From Spirochaetia bacterium (GTDB lineage Bacteria > Spirochaetota > Spirochaetia > CADAEX01), in assembly GCA_963662265.2 (NCBI GenBank), contig CAXXHA010000029.1:128001-192000 (forward strand): a stretch of 64,000 nt of DNA, written 5' to 3'. Under the pieces are notes generated by a model. The model did not search any database. It saw only the letters and a program-made list of their open reading frames with translations, and was not told where the DNA came from. Position numbers and translations under genes: made by a program. This document shows, one piece after another, positions 10,680-20,800 of the stretch; position 1 is the first letter of the stretch; every line of letters begins with the position of its first letter.

Positions 10680-11831
10680 ATGAAAAAAATCTTACTTTTA
10701 ATGCTGGCACTGGTAGTTATTTTTCCTGTGGCTGTTTTTTCCGGCGGCTCAAAAGAAAAGAAAGAAGTTCCTGTAGAGAAGGAAGAACCGGTAGAAGAAT
10801 ATTCCTATGACAAACTGGTTGAACTGGCTAAGGCAGAAGGAGAGCTTGTTGTATATGATACATCAAGCAAGATTGTTCCAATCGGCAAGGCTTTTCAGGA
10901 AAAATACGGCATAACAGTAAAAGCAACAAAGATGAAAAACCCCGAACAGGTTGAGAGAGTAAAAAGGGAAGTTGATGCCGGTAATATCCAGGTTGATGTC
11001 GTCGGTTTGAGTGACGGCCCTATTATTGTGAATGAACTTATTCCGCAGGGATATCTTGAAAACTGGATACCTCCTGATTTCAAGGACAGAATACCAAAAG
11101 AATTCCATTATCCTCTTACTTACCGTGTAGGACAGAAGACTTTCGGATACAACTTTGAATCATATGACAAGTGTCCTGTAACAAATATCTGGCAGCTGAC
11201 AGAACCAGAATGGAAAGGAAAGGTTTTCACCAATGACCCTGCTGCAAACCCGACTCTTCTGGGATTTTTTGTTGCAATGACAAAACCTGAAAATGCGGAA
11301 AAACTTGCTAAAGCATATGAAAAGCTTTACGGGAAAAAAATAATTCTTGAAGAGGAAAATGCGGGATGGGAATTCCTTTTGAGATTGTTCAGAAATAATC
11401 CTGTAATTATGAAGTCTGATGGAGATGTTGCAGAAGCTGTAGGTGCTCCGGGACAGGAAAAAGCTCCTGTAGGATTCTATACTTATGCGAAGCAGAGAGG
11501 CAATGAAGATGGTCTTAAACTGGCAGTAGCTTTTGATATAGCGCCTTTTATCGGATTTGCAAGCGGAACATATGCCAACCCGGTTAAAGGGTGTAAACAT
11601 CCCAATGCTGCAAAACTGTTTGTAAGATTTCTTCTTACAGAAGAAGGTATTAAGCCTCACATGAAGAAAATTGGTGTTTATTCACCGAATCCAGATATTC
11701 CTGTTCACAAGGATGATGATCTTGGATCATGGAATGCATGGAGCAAATACATGATAGTTCTTGATGATGAGCTGACATGGAAAATCGGACAGGATGTTCT
11801 TGATCTCTGGCTGATCACTGTTGGTAAATAA
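10680..11831 (+). CDS. ABC transporter substrate-binding protein (AfuA/Fe3+-like family)
   Basis: Signal peptide; AKAEGELVVY, LTEPEWKG and HPNAAKLF motifs; AAGGAG RBS. Confidence 0.85.
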   Translation: MKKILLLMLALVVIFPVAVFSGGSKEKKEVPVEKEEPVEEYSYDKLVELAKAEGELVVYDTSSKIVPIGKAFQEKYGITVKATKMKNPEQVERVKREVDAGNIQVDVVGLSDGPIIVNELIPQGYLENWIPPDFKDRIPKEFHYPLTYRVGQKTFGYNFESYDKCPVTNIWQLTEPEWKGKVFTNDPAANPTLLGFFVAMTKPENAEKLAKAYEKLYGKKIILEEENAGWEFLLRLFRNNPVIMKSDGDVAEAVGAPGQEKAPVGFYTYAKQRGNEDGLKLAVAFDIAPFIGFASGTYANPVKGCKHPNAAKLFVRFLLTEEGIKPHMKKIGVYSPNPDIPVHKDDDLGSWNAWSKYMIVLDDELTWKIGQDVLDLWLITVGK

Positions 11832-11867
11832 AACCTGATAATTAAACTAAATTAAAGGATCTTTTAT

Positions 11868-13685
11868 ATGTTTTTTCATAAAAACGATCAAAGTCTTGCC
11901 CTGTGGGCAAGACATCGTTATAACAGGCTTCGCAGTGATCCTACACCAATCATTGCTCTGCTTCTTGTTGCAGCACTTACATATCTGGTGCTTGGCCCCC
12001 TTATTGCCCTTGTTACCGAGGGGTTCAGAACCCAGTTCAGGGATGTTGCTCGTATCGGAAGTGAAGAGGGGTCTCTGACATTGTATTATTTTCAGAGAGT
12101 CTTCACATCAAGAATAAGCAAGACAATATTCTGGCTGCCTCTTCAGAGAACACTGATGCTTGCGGTAGTAACCCTGACAGGATCAATCCTTCTCGGTTTT
12201 GTTCTTGCATGGATTCTCGTCAGAACAGACTGTCCAGGATCATCCGCGTTCAGTAAAATGATGATACTTCCATATATCATACCTTCATGGACATTTGCCC
12301 TCGCGTGGATAACAATATTTAAAAACCGGAAAATAGCAGGGTCCATGGGAATTGCAGAAACACTTGGTTTCACGCCACCTGACTGGCTTGCATACGGTTT
12401 TATACCGATTGCAATAACTCTGATGTTCAGTCTTTTTTCATTGTCGTTTTTATTGTTTGCAAGTTCACTTCAGACAGTCGATGTACAGCTTGAAGAATCA
12501 GCAAGGATGGTTGGAACAAAAAGGCATGTAATAATGACAAGAATACTCATGCCTATGCTGCTTCCTGCGCTTATGTCTTCAGGTCTTCTTATTGTATCAA
12601 GAACAATAGGATCTTTCGGAACACCATATCTTCTCGGATCACCAATCAAGTATACGCTTCTGTCCACTACACTCTATGGAGCAGTTCAGAGAAGTGAACA
12701 GGGAATTGCAAGTATTCTGACTCTGGTGATCGTACTTATTGGTATGTCTGCAGTTGCTGTTGATATATTTTTTGTTAAGGAAGCAAGAAGATTTGTTACT
12801 GTTTCTGGAAAAGGATCATTTCAGAACAGACAGAAGCTTGGAGTTTTCAAGTATCCTGTTTATATGTTTGTAGTGGTAATTGTACTGATATCAATAGTAC
12901 TTCCTATTCTTGCGCTTATGATATCAACAGTGTCGTTAAGGATGGGAGTCTTTACTCTGGACAATTTTACACTTGACTACTGGATAGGGAAATCAATACC
13001 AAGGCTTGCAGGGCTGTCAGGAATACTCCGGAATCCTGATGTACTGATGTCTGTTTATAACAGCGTGAGAATTGTTTCTGTTGTAGCGCTTCTTTCAGGA
13101 TGCCTTGGAACATTTATTGGTTATGTTTCAGTAAAATATTCAGGAACAAGGATTGCGTCATATCTGAAACAGCTTTCATTCCTTCCTTACATAATTCCGG
13201 CAATTGGTTTCGGAGCAGCATATCTTACTCTTTTCGCTGTAAGAAGGGGACCGATACCGAGTCTTTACGGAACAATGGGGCTGATAATACTTGCCATGTC
13301 AATCAAATATCTCCCTTTTGCTGCCCGGACCGGAACTGCCGCAATGATGCAGCTGGGTAAAGAGCCGGAAGAGGCTGCTATGATTTGCGGCGCTCCATGG
13401 AGACAGAGATTTTTTAAAATAGTTGTACCAATTCTTAAAAAGACACTTGTTACAGGTATAATCCTTCCTTTCATTTCAGGGATGAAAGAACTTGTTCTTA
13501 TAATTTTCCTTGCAACACCAGGACTTGAAATGATGACTACACAGGTGCTGCGGTATATAGATTATGGATACACACAGATGGCAAATGCTGTAACAGTAGT
13601 TATAGTTTTTGTAATTTTAGTACTTACACTCCTGCTGCAGAAAATTACAGGCAGCGGTATTACCAGCGGATTAAAAGGAAGTTGA
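11868..13685 (+). CDS. ABC permease with two fused modules (AfuB/FbpB-like)
   Basis: Two EAA loops (LEESARMVG, PEEAAMICGA); about 12 TM segments. Confidence 0.9.
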   Translation: MFFHKNDQSLALWARHRYNRLRSDPTPIIALLLVAALTYLVLGPLIALVTEGFRTQFRDVARIGSEEGSLTLYYFQRVFTSRISKTIFWLPLQRTLMLAVVTLTGSILLGFVLAWILVRTDCPGSSAFSKMMILPYIIPSWTFALAWITIFKNRKIAGSMGIAETLGFTPPDWLAYGFIPIAITLMFSLFSLSFLLFASSLQTVDVQLEESARMVGTKRHVIMTRILMPMLLPALMSSGLLIVSRTIGSFGTPYLLGSPIKYTLLSTTLYGAVQRSEQGIASILTLVIVLIGMSAVAVDIFFVKEARRFVTVSGKGSFQNRQKLGVFKYPVYMFVVVIVLISIVLPILALMISTVSLRMGVFTLDNFTLDYWIGKSIPRLAGLSGILRNPDVLMSVYNSVRIVSVVALLSGCLGTFIGYVSVKYSGTRIASYLKQLSFLPYIIPAIGFGAAYLTLFAVRRGPIPSLYGTMGLIILAMSIKYLPFAARTGTAAMMQLGKEPEEAAMICGAPWRQRFFKIVVPILKKTLVTGIILPFISGMKELVLIIFLATPGLEMMTTQVLRYIDYGYTQMANAVTVVIVFVILVLTLLLQKITGSGITSGLKGS

Positions 13686-13687
13686 TT

Positions 13688-14773
13688 ATGGCGGAAATAA
13701 AGATAAAAAATCTAGTAAAGAAATTTCACGGAAGTGTTAAAGCAGTTGATTCGTTATCACTAACTATTGAAGATGGGGAATTTGTAAGCTTCCTTGGCCC
13801 ATCCGGCTGCGGAAAAACCACTACGCTGCGTATGCTTGCAGGGCTTGAAGAACCTACATCAGGGGCAATCAGCCTTGATGATACGGTTTTTTATTCATCG
13901 GGAACAGGCGATTATGTTCCGACAGAGAAAAGAAACATGGGCCTGGTTTTTCAGAGCTATGCGTTATGGCCTCATATGACTGTCAGGGACAATATCAAAT
14001 TCGGGCTTGTTCAGCAGAATGTTCCGAAAAATGAACAGAAGGAGAGGATAGATAATGTTCTTAAGCTTCTGCAGATTGAAAACCTCGGAAAGAGGTATTC
14101 ATTCCAGATATCAGGTGGACAGCAGCAGAGGGTTGCTCTTGCAAGAATGCTGGCACTCAGGCCCAATGTTCTTCTTCTTGATGAACCTCTTTCAAACCTC
14201 GATGCTCAGCTTAGAATAGAAATGAGGTCCGAACTGAAAAGACTTCATAAAAAACTCGGCAATACAACAATTTTTGTTACACATGATCAGCTCGAGGCAA
14301 TGACTCTGTCAACAAGGATTGCTGTTATGAGTGAAGGGAAACTTCAGCAGTATGGTACGCCGCTTGAAATATACAGAAAACCTGCAAATCTTTTTGTAGC
14401 GAAGTTTGTTGGAAGTCCTCCTGTAAATATAATAACAAAAGATATATCATCCGGACTCTTTGACTCTGCAATAAAATATCTTAAAGAGTCAGGTCTGGGC
14501 GATGCTGCTGAAAAAACTGTTTATATCGGGCTGCGTCCTGAAAAAACAAAAGTAAATGAGTCTGTAAGCGGAAGCTGGAAAGTTGAAGCGACAGTTGCGG
14601 CCATGCTCCCAACTGGACCTGAATGGATTCTTCAGACAGAGTCTGACAAAACATTTTTTTATTCAAGCATAAGCAAAGACCCTGACTTTGAAGCAGGGGA
14701 TAAATGCAGTATGGAATATCTTAAAGAAGATTTTCTCCTTTTTGACAGGGATGAAAAACGGATAGATTTCTGA
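13688..14773 (+). CDS. ABC ATP-binding protein (AfuC/MalK-like)
   Basis: GPSGCGKT, ISGGQQQR, LLLDEPLSNLD. Confidence 0.93.
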   Translation: MAEIKIKNLVKKFHGSVKAVDSLSLTIEDGEFVSFLGPSGCGKTTTLRMLAGLEEPTSGAISLDDTVFYSSGTGDYVPTEKRNMGLVFQSYALWPHMTVRDNIKFGLVQQNVPKNEQKERIDNVLKLLQIENLGKRYSFQISGGQQQRVALARMLALRPNVLLLDEPLSNLDAQLRIEMRSELKRLHKKLGNTTIFVTHDQLEAMTLSTRIAVMSEGKLQQYGTPLEIYRKPANLFVAKFVGSPPVNIITKDISSGLFDSAIKYLKESGLGDAAEKTVYIGLRPEKTKVNESVSGSWKVEATVAAMLPTGPEWILQTESDKTFFYSSISKDPDFEAGDKCSMEYLKEDFLLFDRDEKRIDF

Positions 14774-14888
14774 TTCCGATGATATTTACATTCTTTGAAA
14801 GAAATTATATAGAAATATCTAATAAAATAAAAAATTAACTACCAGCTATGCTGGTAAATCTGGAAGGGTTTTACGGCTCATCCATTAT

Positions 14889-14918
14889 AAAATCCTCCTG
14901 AAATAAAGGGGGATTTTT
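14889..14918 (+). terminator. Hairpin/terminator downstream of the ABC operon
   Basis: AAAATCCTCCT-GAAATAA-AGGGGGATTTT inverted repeat. Confidence 0.55.
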
Positions 14919-15064
14919 CATCATAAGACAGTTTTTGAAAGTGGATGCAACTTTAACAAATAATAGAAATATTGTATTATCACAGAAATTTTTACATATT
15001 CCGGTTATCAAATAAATATTTATCCGGATATTACTGAATAAAAAATAATTAAGCGGGAAAATAT

Positions 15065-16681
15065 ATGGTAAATGTCTCAGGGTTAAGAGTTACTCTTGGT
15101 GAAAGAGTGCTTTTTAATAATGAAAACTTTCTGATAAGGAAAAATGACAGGATAGGCCTTGTCGGGCCGAACGGTTCGGGGAAATCAACAATATTCAAGG
15201 TTATTACAGGCAGGGAAAAACCTGATGACGGGGTGATAGCTGTTGATCCAGGTACTGTCATAGGGTATTTCAGCCAGGATGTCGGTGAAATGGGGGGAAG
15301 GAGCGCACTTGAAGAGGTTCTTTCCGGCGCAGGTAAAATATCGGAAATCGGGGAGGAACTGGGCAGGATAGAGCATCTTTTTTCAGAGCCCATGGATGAT
15401 GAAGAGATGGACAGGGTGATGAGCAGGTACGGGGAACTACAGGCTGAGTTCCAGGATGCAGGCGGTTATGAACTTGAAACAAATGCGAAGACTATACTTT
15501 CGGGTCTTGGGATAGGTGAAGACAGGTGGGATAATCCTGCCGAGTCTTTCAGCGGAGGCTGGAAGATGAGAATTGAGCTTGCAAAAATACTCCTTTTGAA
15601 TCCTGATCTGTTATTAATTGATGAACCGACAAATCACCTGGATATGGAATCCATAGTGTGGCTTGAAAGCTGGCTCAAGAATTTTAAGGGTGCAATTGTG
15701 ATGACAAGCCATGACAGGGAATTCATGACCAGACTCTGTTCCCGTACCATAGAGACGGCCGCAGGTGCAGTTACAACCTATTCCGGTGATTATGAATTTT
15801 ACCTGAGGGAACGGGAAATACGGCGTGAGCAGCTTATAGCATCTTTCAAAAGGCAGCAGGCAATGCTTGCAAAGGAAGAGGAATTTATTGCCAAATTTGC
15901 AGCCCGGGCATCTCATGCGGCACAGGTACAGTCCAGGGTAAAGACAATTGAAAAAATAGATAGGATTGTTGTTCCGCCGGATCAGAAAATAATGAAGCTG
16001 AAACTTCCTGAATGCAGAAGAAGCGGAGATATTGTTGTAAGCATGGAAAAACTTGCAAAAAGCTGGACAATGAATAACGGGGAAGAACTGAACGTTTTCA
16101 GAGGAATAACTGGTGTTGTTGAAAGACAGAACAAGATAGCTGTTACAGGAGTAAACGGAGCAGGGAAATCAACACTCTTAAAAGTCATAACAGGGCAGAC
16201 TGATGCAACTGAAGGCAGCAGTACTCTCGGCGGAAGTGTGGAAACAGGCTATTTCAGCCAGTATTCTTCTGATATTCTTGACCCTGAAAAGACAATATAT
16301 GAAGAAGTGCATTCAAGGATACCGAATGAGACAAAAGGTTATGTCATGAATCTTCTGGGTTCTTTTCTGTTTTCCGGCGATGATGTTGATAAAAAGATTT
16401 CAGTACTCTCAGGAGGGGAAAAAAGCCGGGTTATGCTTGCTCTTCTTTTCTCACAGCCTCTTAATTTCCTGGTCCTTGATGAGCCTACAAACCATCTTGA
16501 TATTGCAAGCAGGGAGGTGCTTCTGAATGCTCTCAGGGATTTTGAAGGTACTGTAATGGTTGTAAGTCATGACAGGTATTTTCTCAGGAATTTTGTAAAC
16601 CGGGTTTTTGAAATTGATCATGGCAAAATGAATATTTTCGAAGGCGATTATAACTATTACCAGGAAAAGAAAGAGGAATAA
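15065..16681 (+). CDS. ABC-F family ribosome-associated ATPase
   Basis: Two ABC domains (GPNGSGKS and GVNGAGKS; DEPTNHLD twice); no TM segments. Confidence 0.93.
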   Translation: MVNVSGLRVTLGERVLFNNENFLIRKNDRIGLVGPNGSGKSTIFKVITGREKPDDGVIAVDPGTVIGYFSQDVGEMGGRSALEEVLSGAGKISEIGEELGRIEHLFSEPMDDEEMDRVMSRYGELQAEFQDAGGYELETNAKTILSGLGIGEDRWDNPAESFSGGWKMRIELAKILLLNPDLLLIDEPTNHLDMESIVWLESWLKNFKGAIVMTSHDREFMTRLCSRTIETAAGAVTTYSGDYEFYLREREIRREQLIASFKRQQAMLAKEEEFIAKFAARASHAAQVQSRVKTIEKIDRIVVPPDQKIMKLKLPECRRSGDIVVSMEKLAKSWTMNNGEELNVFRGITGVVERQNKIAVTGVNGAGKSTLLKVITGQTDATEGSSTLGGSVETGYFSQYSSDILDPEKTIYEEVHSRIPNETKGYVMNLLGSFLFSGDDVDKKISVLSGGEKSRVMLALLFSQPLNFLVLDEPTNHLDIASREVLLNALRDFEGTVMVVSHDRYFLRNFVNRVFEIDHGKMNIFEGDYNYYQEKKEE

Positions 16682-16838
16682 AACGGATCTGGAAATGTGA
16701 AATAAGCTTTATCAGCATTCTGTATTCAACAACAAATCGAGATATAAAGCATTACATCTTAAAAGACATTTAAATTAAACCCATTATAATAAGCTGATCA
16801 AAAAAACATATTGTATGAAGCCGGGAGTAATACATGAA

Positions 16839-19292
16839 TTAACTGTCATACAGAATATTATGCACTGTTTTAGATAATGTGTAGATTGTATAAGGCTTCT
16901 GAAGAAAAGCGCTTATTCCGAGCTGTATAACTTCCTGTACACGGTTGTCATACTGGAATCCTGATGTTAATATCACTTTTATATCAGGATTTATCTCTTT
17001 CAGAAGGAGATATGCCTCCTTTCCCGACATTTCCGGCATTATCATATCCAGTATAACTGCTTTTATGCTGTTTTTATTTTCCTTGTATATATTCACACCC
17101 TCAAGACCGTTTTTAGCTTCCATGACGCTGTATCCGCATGTTTTAAGAATATCAGAGGCAGTTTTTCTTATGGCTTTTTCATCATCAATAATAAGTATAA
17201 GACCTTCACCACGCAGTCTTTCCTGTTTTATGTCATGATTTATCCCGATGATTTTATCATCAGTCAGAGCGGGAAGATATATATTGAATTTTGATCCGAA
17301 ACCAGGTTCTGAATATACATCGATAAAACCGTCATGCTGTTTGATTATGTTATATACCATGGACAGTCCCAGGCCGCTTCCTTCACCTTTTTTCTTTGTA
17401 GTGAAAAAAGGATTAAATATATTTGATATTGTTACTGAATTCATTCCTACACCTGTGTCTTTGACTGACAGGATGAAATATTTTATGTTTTCCATTGAAG
17501 GATGATTTTTCAGCATATATGAATCAGGGGTTATTTCCTTTACCGACACTGTAAGATCTCCTCCCCAGTGATCATCTTTGTTCCTCATAATTGTCATTGA
17601 ATGTTCTGAGTTGACACAGAAATTAAGAAGCGCCTGTTCCAGTAGATTCGAATCTCCTCTTATAAATGCTGGTTTTTCAGCAGGTATAATATTTATATTT
17701 ACCGATTTATCAAAAGAATTTTTTCCAATCTGTATTACATTATTAACAATTTCATTAAGATCAATTCTGCTGAAAATTATTTCCTGTTTCCTTGACAGTG
17801 CCAGAAGCTGGTTAACCATGTTTGATGCCCTGCTGCTGCATTCATTCATTGTGGATATGTATTCAGTAAGTTGGTCTGTTTCAATTTTTCCGTTATCAGA
17901 AAGGTTGTATTCTATCAGGGAAAGAGTTCCTATAATTCCTCCCAGCATATTATTGAAATCATGGGCAATACCTCCTGCAAGGGTTCCTACAGTCTCCATT
18001 TTCTGAGCCTGCCTGAGCTGTTCATCTGATTTCTGTATCGAATTAATCATGCTTTCCAGAATACTTCCAAGCTCCCTTGTTTCAAGTGTCCCGCTGACAG
18101 GAATATCTGAATTTTCTATACCGTTCTTTTCAATGTTCTGCGCAGCTATCATAAGTTTGTGGAGAGGTTTTGTAAGATTCTGTGAAAGTAAAAGAAGCAA
18201 TGCAGTGATGACACCTATGAAAAAAACTGAGAGGAATATAATATGTTTTGACAGTTTTTTGACAGGTTTTTCTATTTCATCCATATAAATCGATGATGCA
18301 ATATACCAGTCGAGTGGTTTAAAATAAATTATATATGCCTGTTTTCTGAACCGGAAATCGTTTTCAAATCCAGGTTTATCCCATAAATAATAAAAAGGAA
18401 TATCGGAAGTTTCAGATGCTTTAATTAGATCATCGAAAATATTTTTTCCTGTTGCAGGATTAATCATTTTCCTTACATCCTGCCCTTCAAGGGTTGGATG
18501 AATAAGCATGGTATTATCGCCAGTGAAAACATATATATAACCGTTGTCAGCTATTTGTACCTTTGAAAAGGTCTCTTTCAGTTCCTCGAGTACTGCATTT
18601 ATTCTGAGTTCCACATCTTTTTCAATATCATCGATATAGACACCGGTTCCTATAATCCAGTTCCATTTTTTATATAATTTCACATGTGATATTTTAGGCT
18701 GATCAGAAGACAATTCTTCCCCGAGCGGCTTGGGCCACAGGTATTCCACAAATCCTTCACCGGAACTGAGACATATATCAACAATTTCTTGAAAAAGGTT
18801 TTTACCGGAAACTGAAAAAGTATTGAAAACTTCATTGCTTAGTATTGTATTATTCAGTTCAGGCATAACAGGATGCATTATCATCTCTGGAAAAGGTTTT
18901 CCTGTATCATTGATCCAGAAATAGCCAACTCCGTTGTCATACCTGATTTTTTCTATATTTTTTAAAGCTTCAGTTTTTGCCTCTGTTTCTGATAAAACTC
19001 CATCTGAATATTTTTTATAATATGAATCAATGAGGTTGAAAACTATATTTGATATGTTTTTCAATTCTTTCTGTCGTTGTTTTTTCGATATATCTTTCTG
19101 GAAAAGTATGCTCTGATACTGGTTCTGGACGCTTAAAAATATAGAATTTACAAGGTTATGGGCATATTCATTCTGAGATTTAAGAATAGTTCTCTGGGTA
19201 GCAATCTGGACAAGGAAAATCATGATAAACAAAGTAAATATAATTGTTCCAAGTACATAGAATAAGAGTTTTGATCTCAGTGACTTAAACAT
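16839..19292 (-). CDS. Hybrid sensor histidine kinase (Cache domains, HAMP, HisKA, HATPase, receiver)
   Basis: GYFWIND/HP Cache motifs; GIAHDFNN; FFTTK...GLGL; receiver ILDMIMP...KP. Confidence 0.92.
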   Translation of the reverse strand: MFKSLRSKLLFYVLGTIIFTLFIMIFLVQIATQRTILKSQNEYAHNLVNSIFLSVQNQYQSILFQKDISKKQRQKELKNISNIVFNLIDSYYKKYSDGVLSETEAKTEALKNIEKIRYDNGVGYFWINDTGKPFPEMIMHPVMPELNNTILSNEVFNTFSVSGKNLFQEIVDICLSSGEGFVEYLWPKPLGEELSSDQPKISHVKLYKKWNWIIGTGVYIDDIEKDVELRINAVLEELKETFSKVQIADNGYIYVFTGDNTMLIHPTLEGQDVRKMINPATGKNIFDDLIKASETSDIPFYYLWDKPGFENDFRFRKQAYIIYFKPLDWYIASSIYMDEIEKPVKKLSKHIIFLSVFFIGVITALLLLLSQNLTKPLHKLMIAAQNIEKNGIENSDIPVSGTLETRELGSILESMINSIQKSDEQLRQAQKMETVGTLAGGIAHDFNNMLGGIIGTLSLIEYNLSDNGKIETDQLTEYISTMNECSSRASNMVNQLLALSRKQEIIFSRIDLNEIVNNVIQIGKNSFDKSVNINIIPAEKPAFIRGDSNLLEQALLNFCVNSEHSMTIMRNKDDHWGGDLTVSVKEITPDSYMLKNHPSMENIKYFILSVKDTGVGMNSVTISNIFNPFFTTKKKGEGSGLGLSMVYNIIKQHDGFIDVYSEPGFGSKFNIYLPALTDDKIIGINHDIKQERLRGEGLILIIDDEKAIRKTASDILKTCGYSVMEAKNGLEGVNIYKENKNSIKAVILDMIMPEMSGKEAYLLLKEINPDIKVILTSGFQYDNRVQEVIQLGISAFLQKPYTIYTLSKTVHNILYDS

Positions 19293-19332
19293 TTCAATCC
19301 CTTCCAGAAGATATATAAGTGTCGAATAAAAT

Positions 19333-19461
19333 ATATAAGGGAATCTATAAAAACTATGTTTTTTAATTTTGCATTATTTTATTCTAATTTACTCTCTAGA
19401 TTCTTACGTGATAATAATTTCTTGTATTCCAAAAACATAGTTTTTTCTTATAGATTCCCTT
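19333..19461. mobile_element. MITE-like element (about 125 bp) with imperfect terminal inverted repeats
   Basis: AAGGGAATCTATAAAAACTATGTTTTT from 19337 matches the reverse complement of 19431-19461 apart from a 4-nt indel. Its first 57 bp recur inverted at 25696-25752. Confidence 0.55.
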
Positions 19462-19693
19462 GTGGGCAAACGTCTATGGAAAAAACTCGCTTTTGCGAGT
19501 TTTTAGAAGCGCCCATAAATAATAATAGGTTTTCGGATTGATAAATGCAAATCAAAAAAATAATTGGGCAGTTGCTTTTTTATGAAAAGGTTTGATATTT
19601 ATCATGAAAAAAACTAATTAACATCATGTAAAAATCTCATTTAAATTGAAACAGACTTTGCTGTGTAATATAATTAATTTTAGGAGGTCTGTT

Positions 19694-19891
19694 ATGCTTG
19701 TATCAGTAGAACCAATGGGGGATTTATTCGGCATAAGAATCCCGGGTTATATCATGAAAAAACTTCATATCGGCAACCAGGTGGATCTTGAAGTCCATGA
19801 CCATGATATTCTCATGAAACCTGTAGATACATGGGAAGAAGGAAGTCCTGAACAGATATATAATGAAGCTCCTGAAAACGACTGGCAGTAG
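19694..19891 (+). CDS. AbrB/MazE-family antitoxin-like protein, with no adjacent toxin
   Basis: AGGAGG RBS; MLVSV..MG..FGIRIP...VDLEV...ILMKPV fold pattern; acidic tail ending DWQ. Confidence 0.7.
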   Translation: MLVSVEPMGDLFGIRIPGYIMKKLHIGNQVDLEVHDHDILMKPVDTWEEGSPEQIYNEAPENDWQ

Positions 19892-20345
19892 AGTTCAGCT
19901 TTTATATTTGTTTCACGCCAGATTGTTTGCAGTGTGATTCTTGTACTTTTGTTTTTTCTGTTTACCTGAAAAAGTTGTTTTTATGATTTCCTGTCTGTAT
20001 TTATGCTGATTAAAGGTTTCACAGCTGTTCAATTATCCGCCGTAACTGGTATGCTGTATGGAAAAATATTTTACGGCGGATTAAATTAAGATATTATCCA
20101 GTTTATAAATATTTCAAGGTAATAAAGGAAAGCCTGAAAATGATCAAAATCAAAAATATGTTTTTATACTGAATACTTTAACCTGTTTATTGATAAGTAT
20201 TAATGCTATAAACTTTAATCAACAACCCCTTTGTCACCAGTTCCGGTGGTACTGGTTTTTTATAAGCTGCGGGATTAGACATGACCTGCGAATAAAGCAG
20301 AATATGAGTTCTGCTTATTTTTTTAATGAAAGGAAGTTCTGTTTT

Positions 20346-20795
20346 ATGGATAATAACTCTGTTTTAAGAAGTCTGCGATATATTCTCAATGCCGATGACA
20401 AGAGGATGACTGAAATATTTTCAGTTCAGGGGAGAAGTCTTGATATATCCAAGGTAAGCAGCATGCTTAAAAAGGAAATTGAAGAAGGATATACAGAGTG
20501 CAGTGATGAACTTCTTATACAGTTTCTTGACAGTCTTATAATTTTAAAAAGAGGTCCCAGGGATTCATCAAAACCGGAACCTAAAAAAGAAATATTAAAT
20601 AATAATCTTATACTGAAAAAACTGAGAATTGCTTTTAATTTTAAAGAAGATGAAATGATCAGAACATTTACCGACGGCGGATATGCTATTGCTAAATCTG
20701 AACTGAGTGCATTTTTCAGGCGGAAGGATCATAAAAACTATAAAGATTGCGGTGATCAGCTTATGAGGAAATTTCTAAAGGGGCTTTCTGTTTAA
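20346..20795 (+). CDS. DUF1456 (YehS-like) protein
   Basis: NNSVLRSLRY, NNLILKKLRIA and SELSAFFRR..HKNY..CGDQ..RKFL motifs. Confidence 0.88.
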   Translation: MDNNSVLRSLRYILNADDKRMTEIFSVQGRSLDISKVSSMLKKEIEEGYTECSDELLIQFLDSLIILKRGPRDSSKPEPKKEILNNNLILKKLRIAFNFKEDEMIRTFTDGGYAIAKSELSAFFRRKDHKNYKDCGDQLMRKFLKGLSV

Positions 20796-20800
20796 AAATA

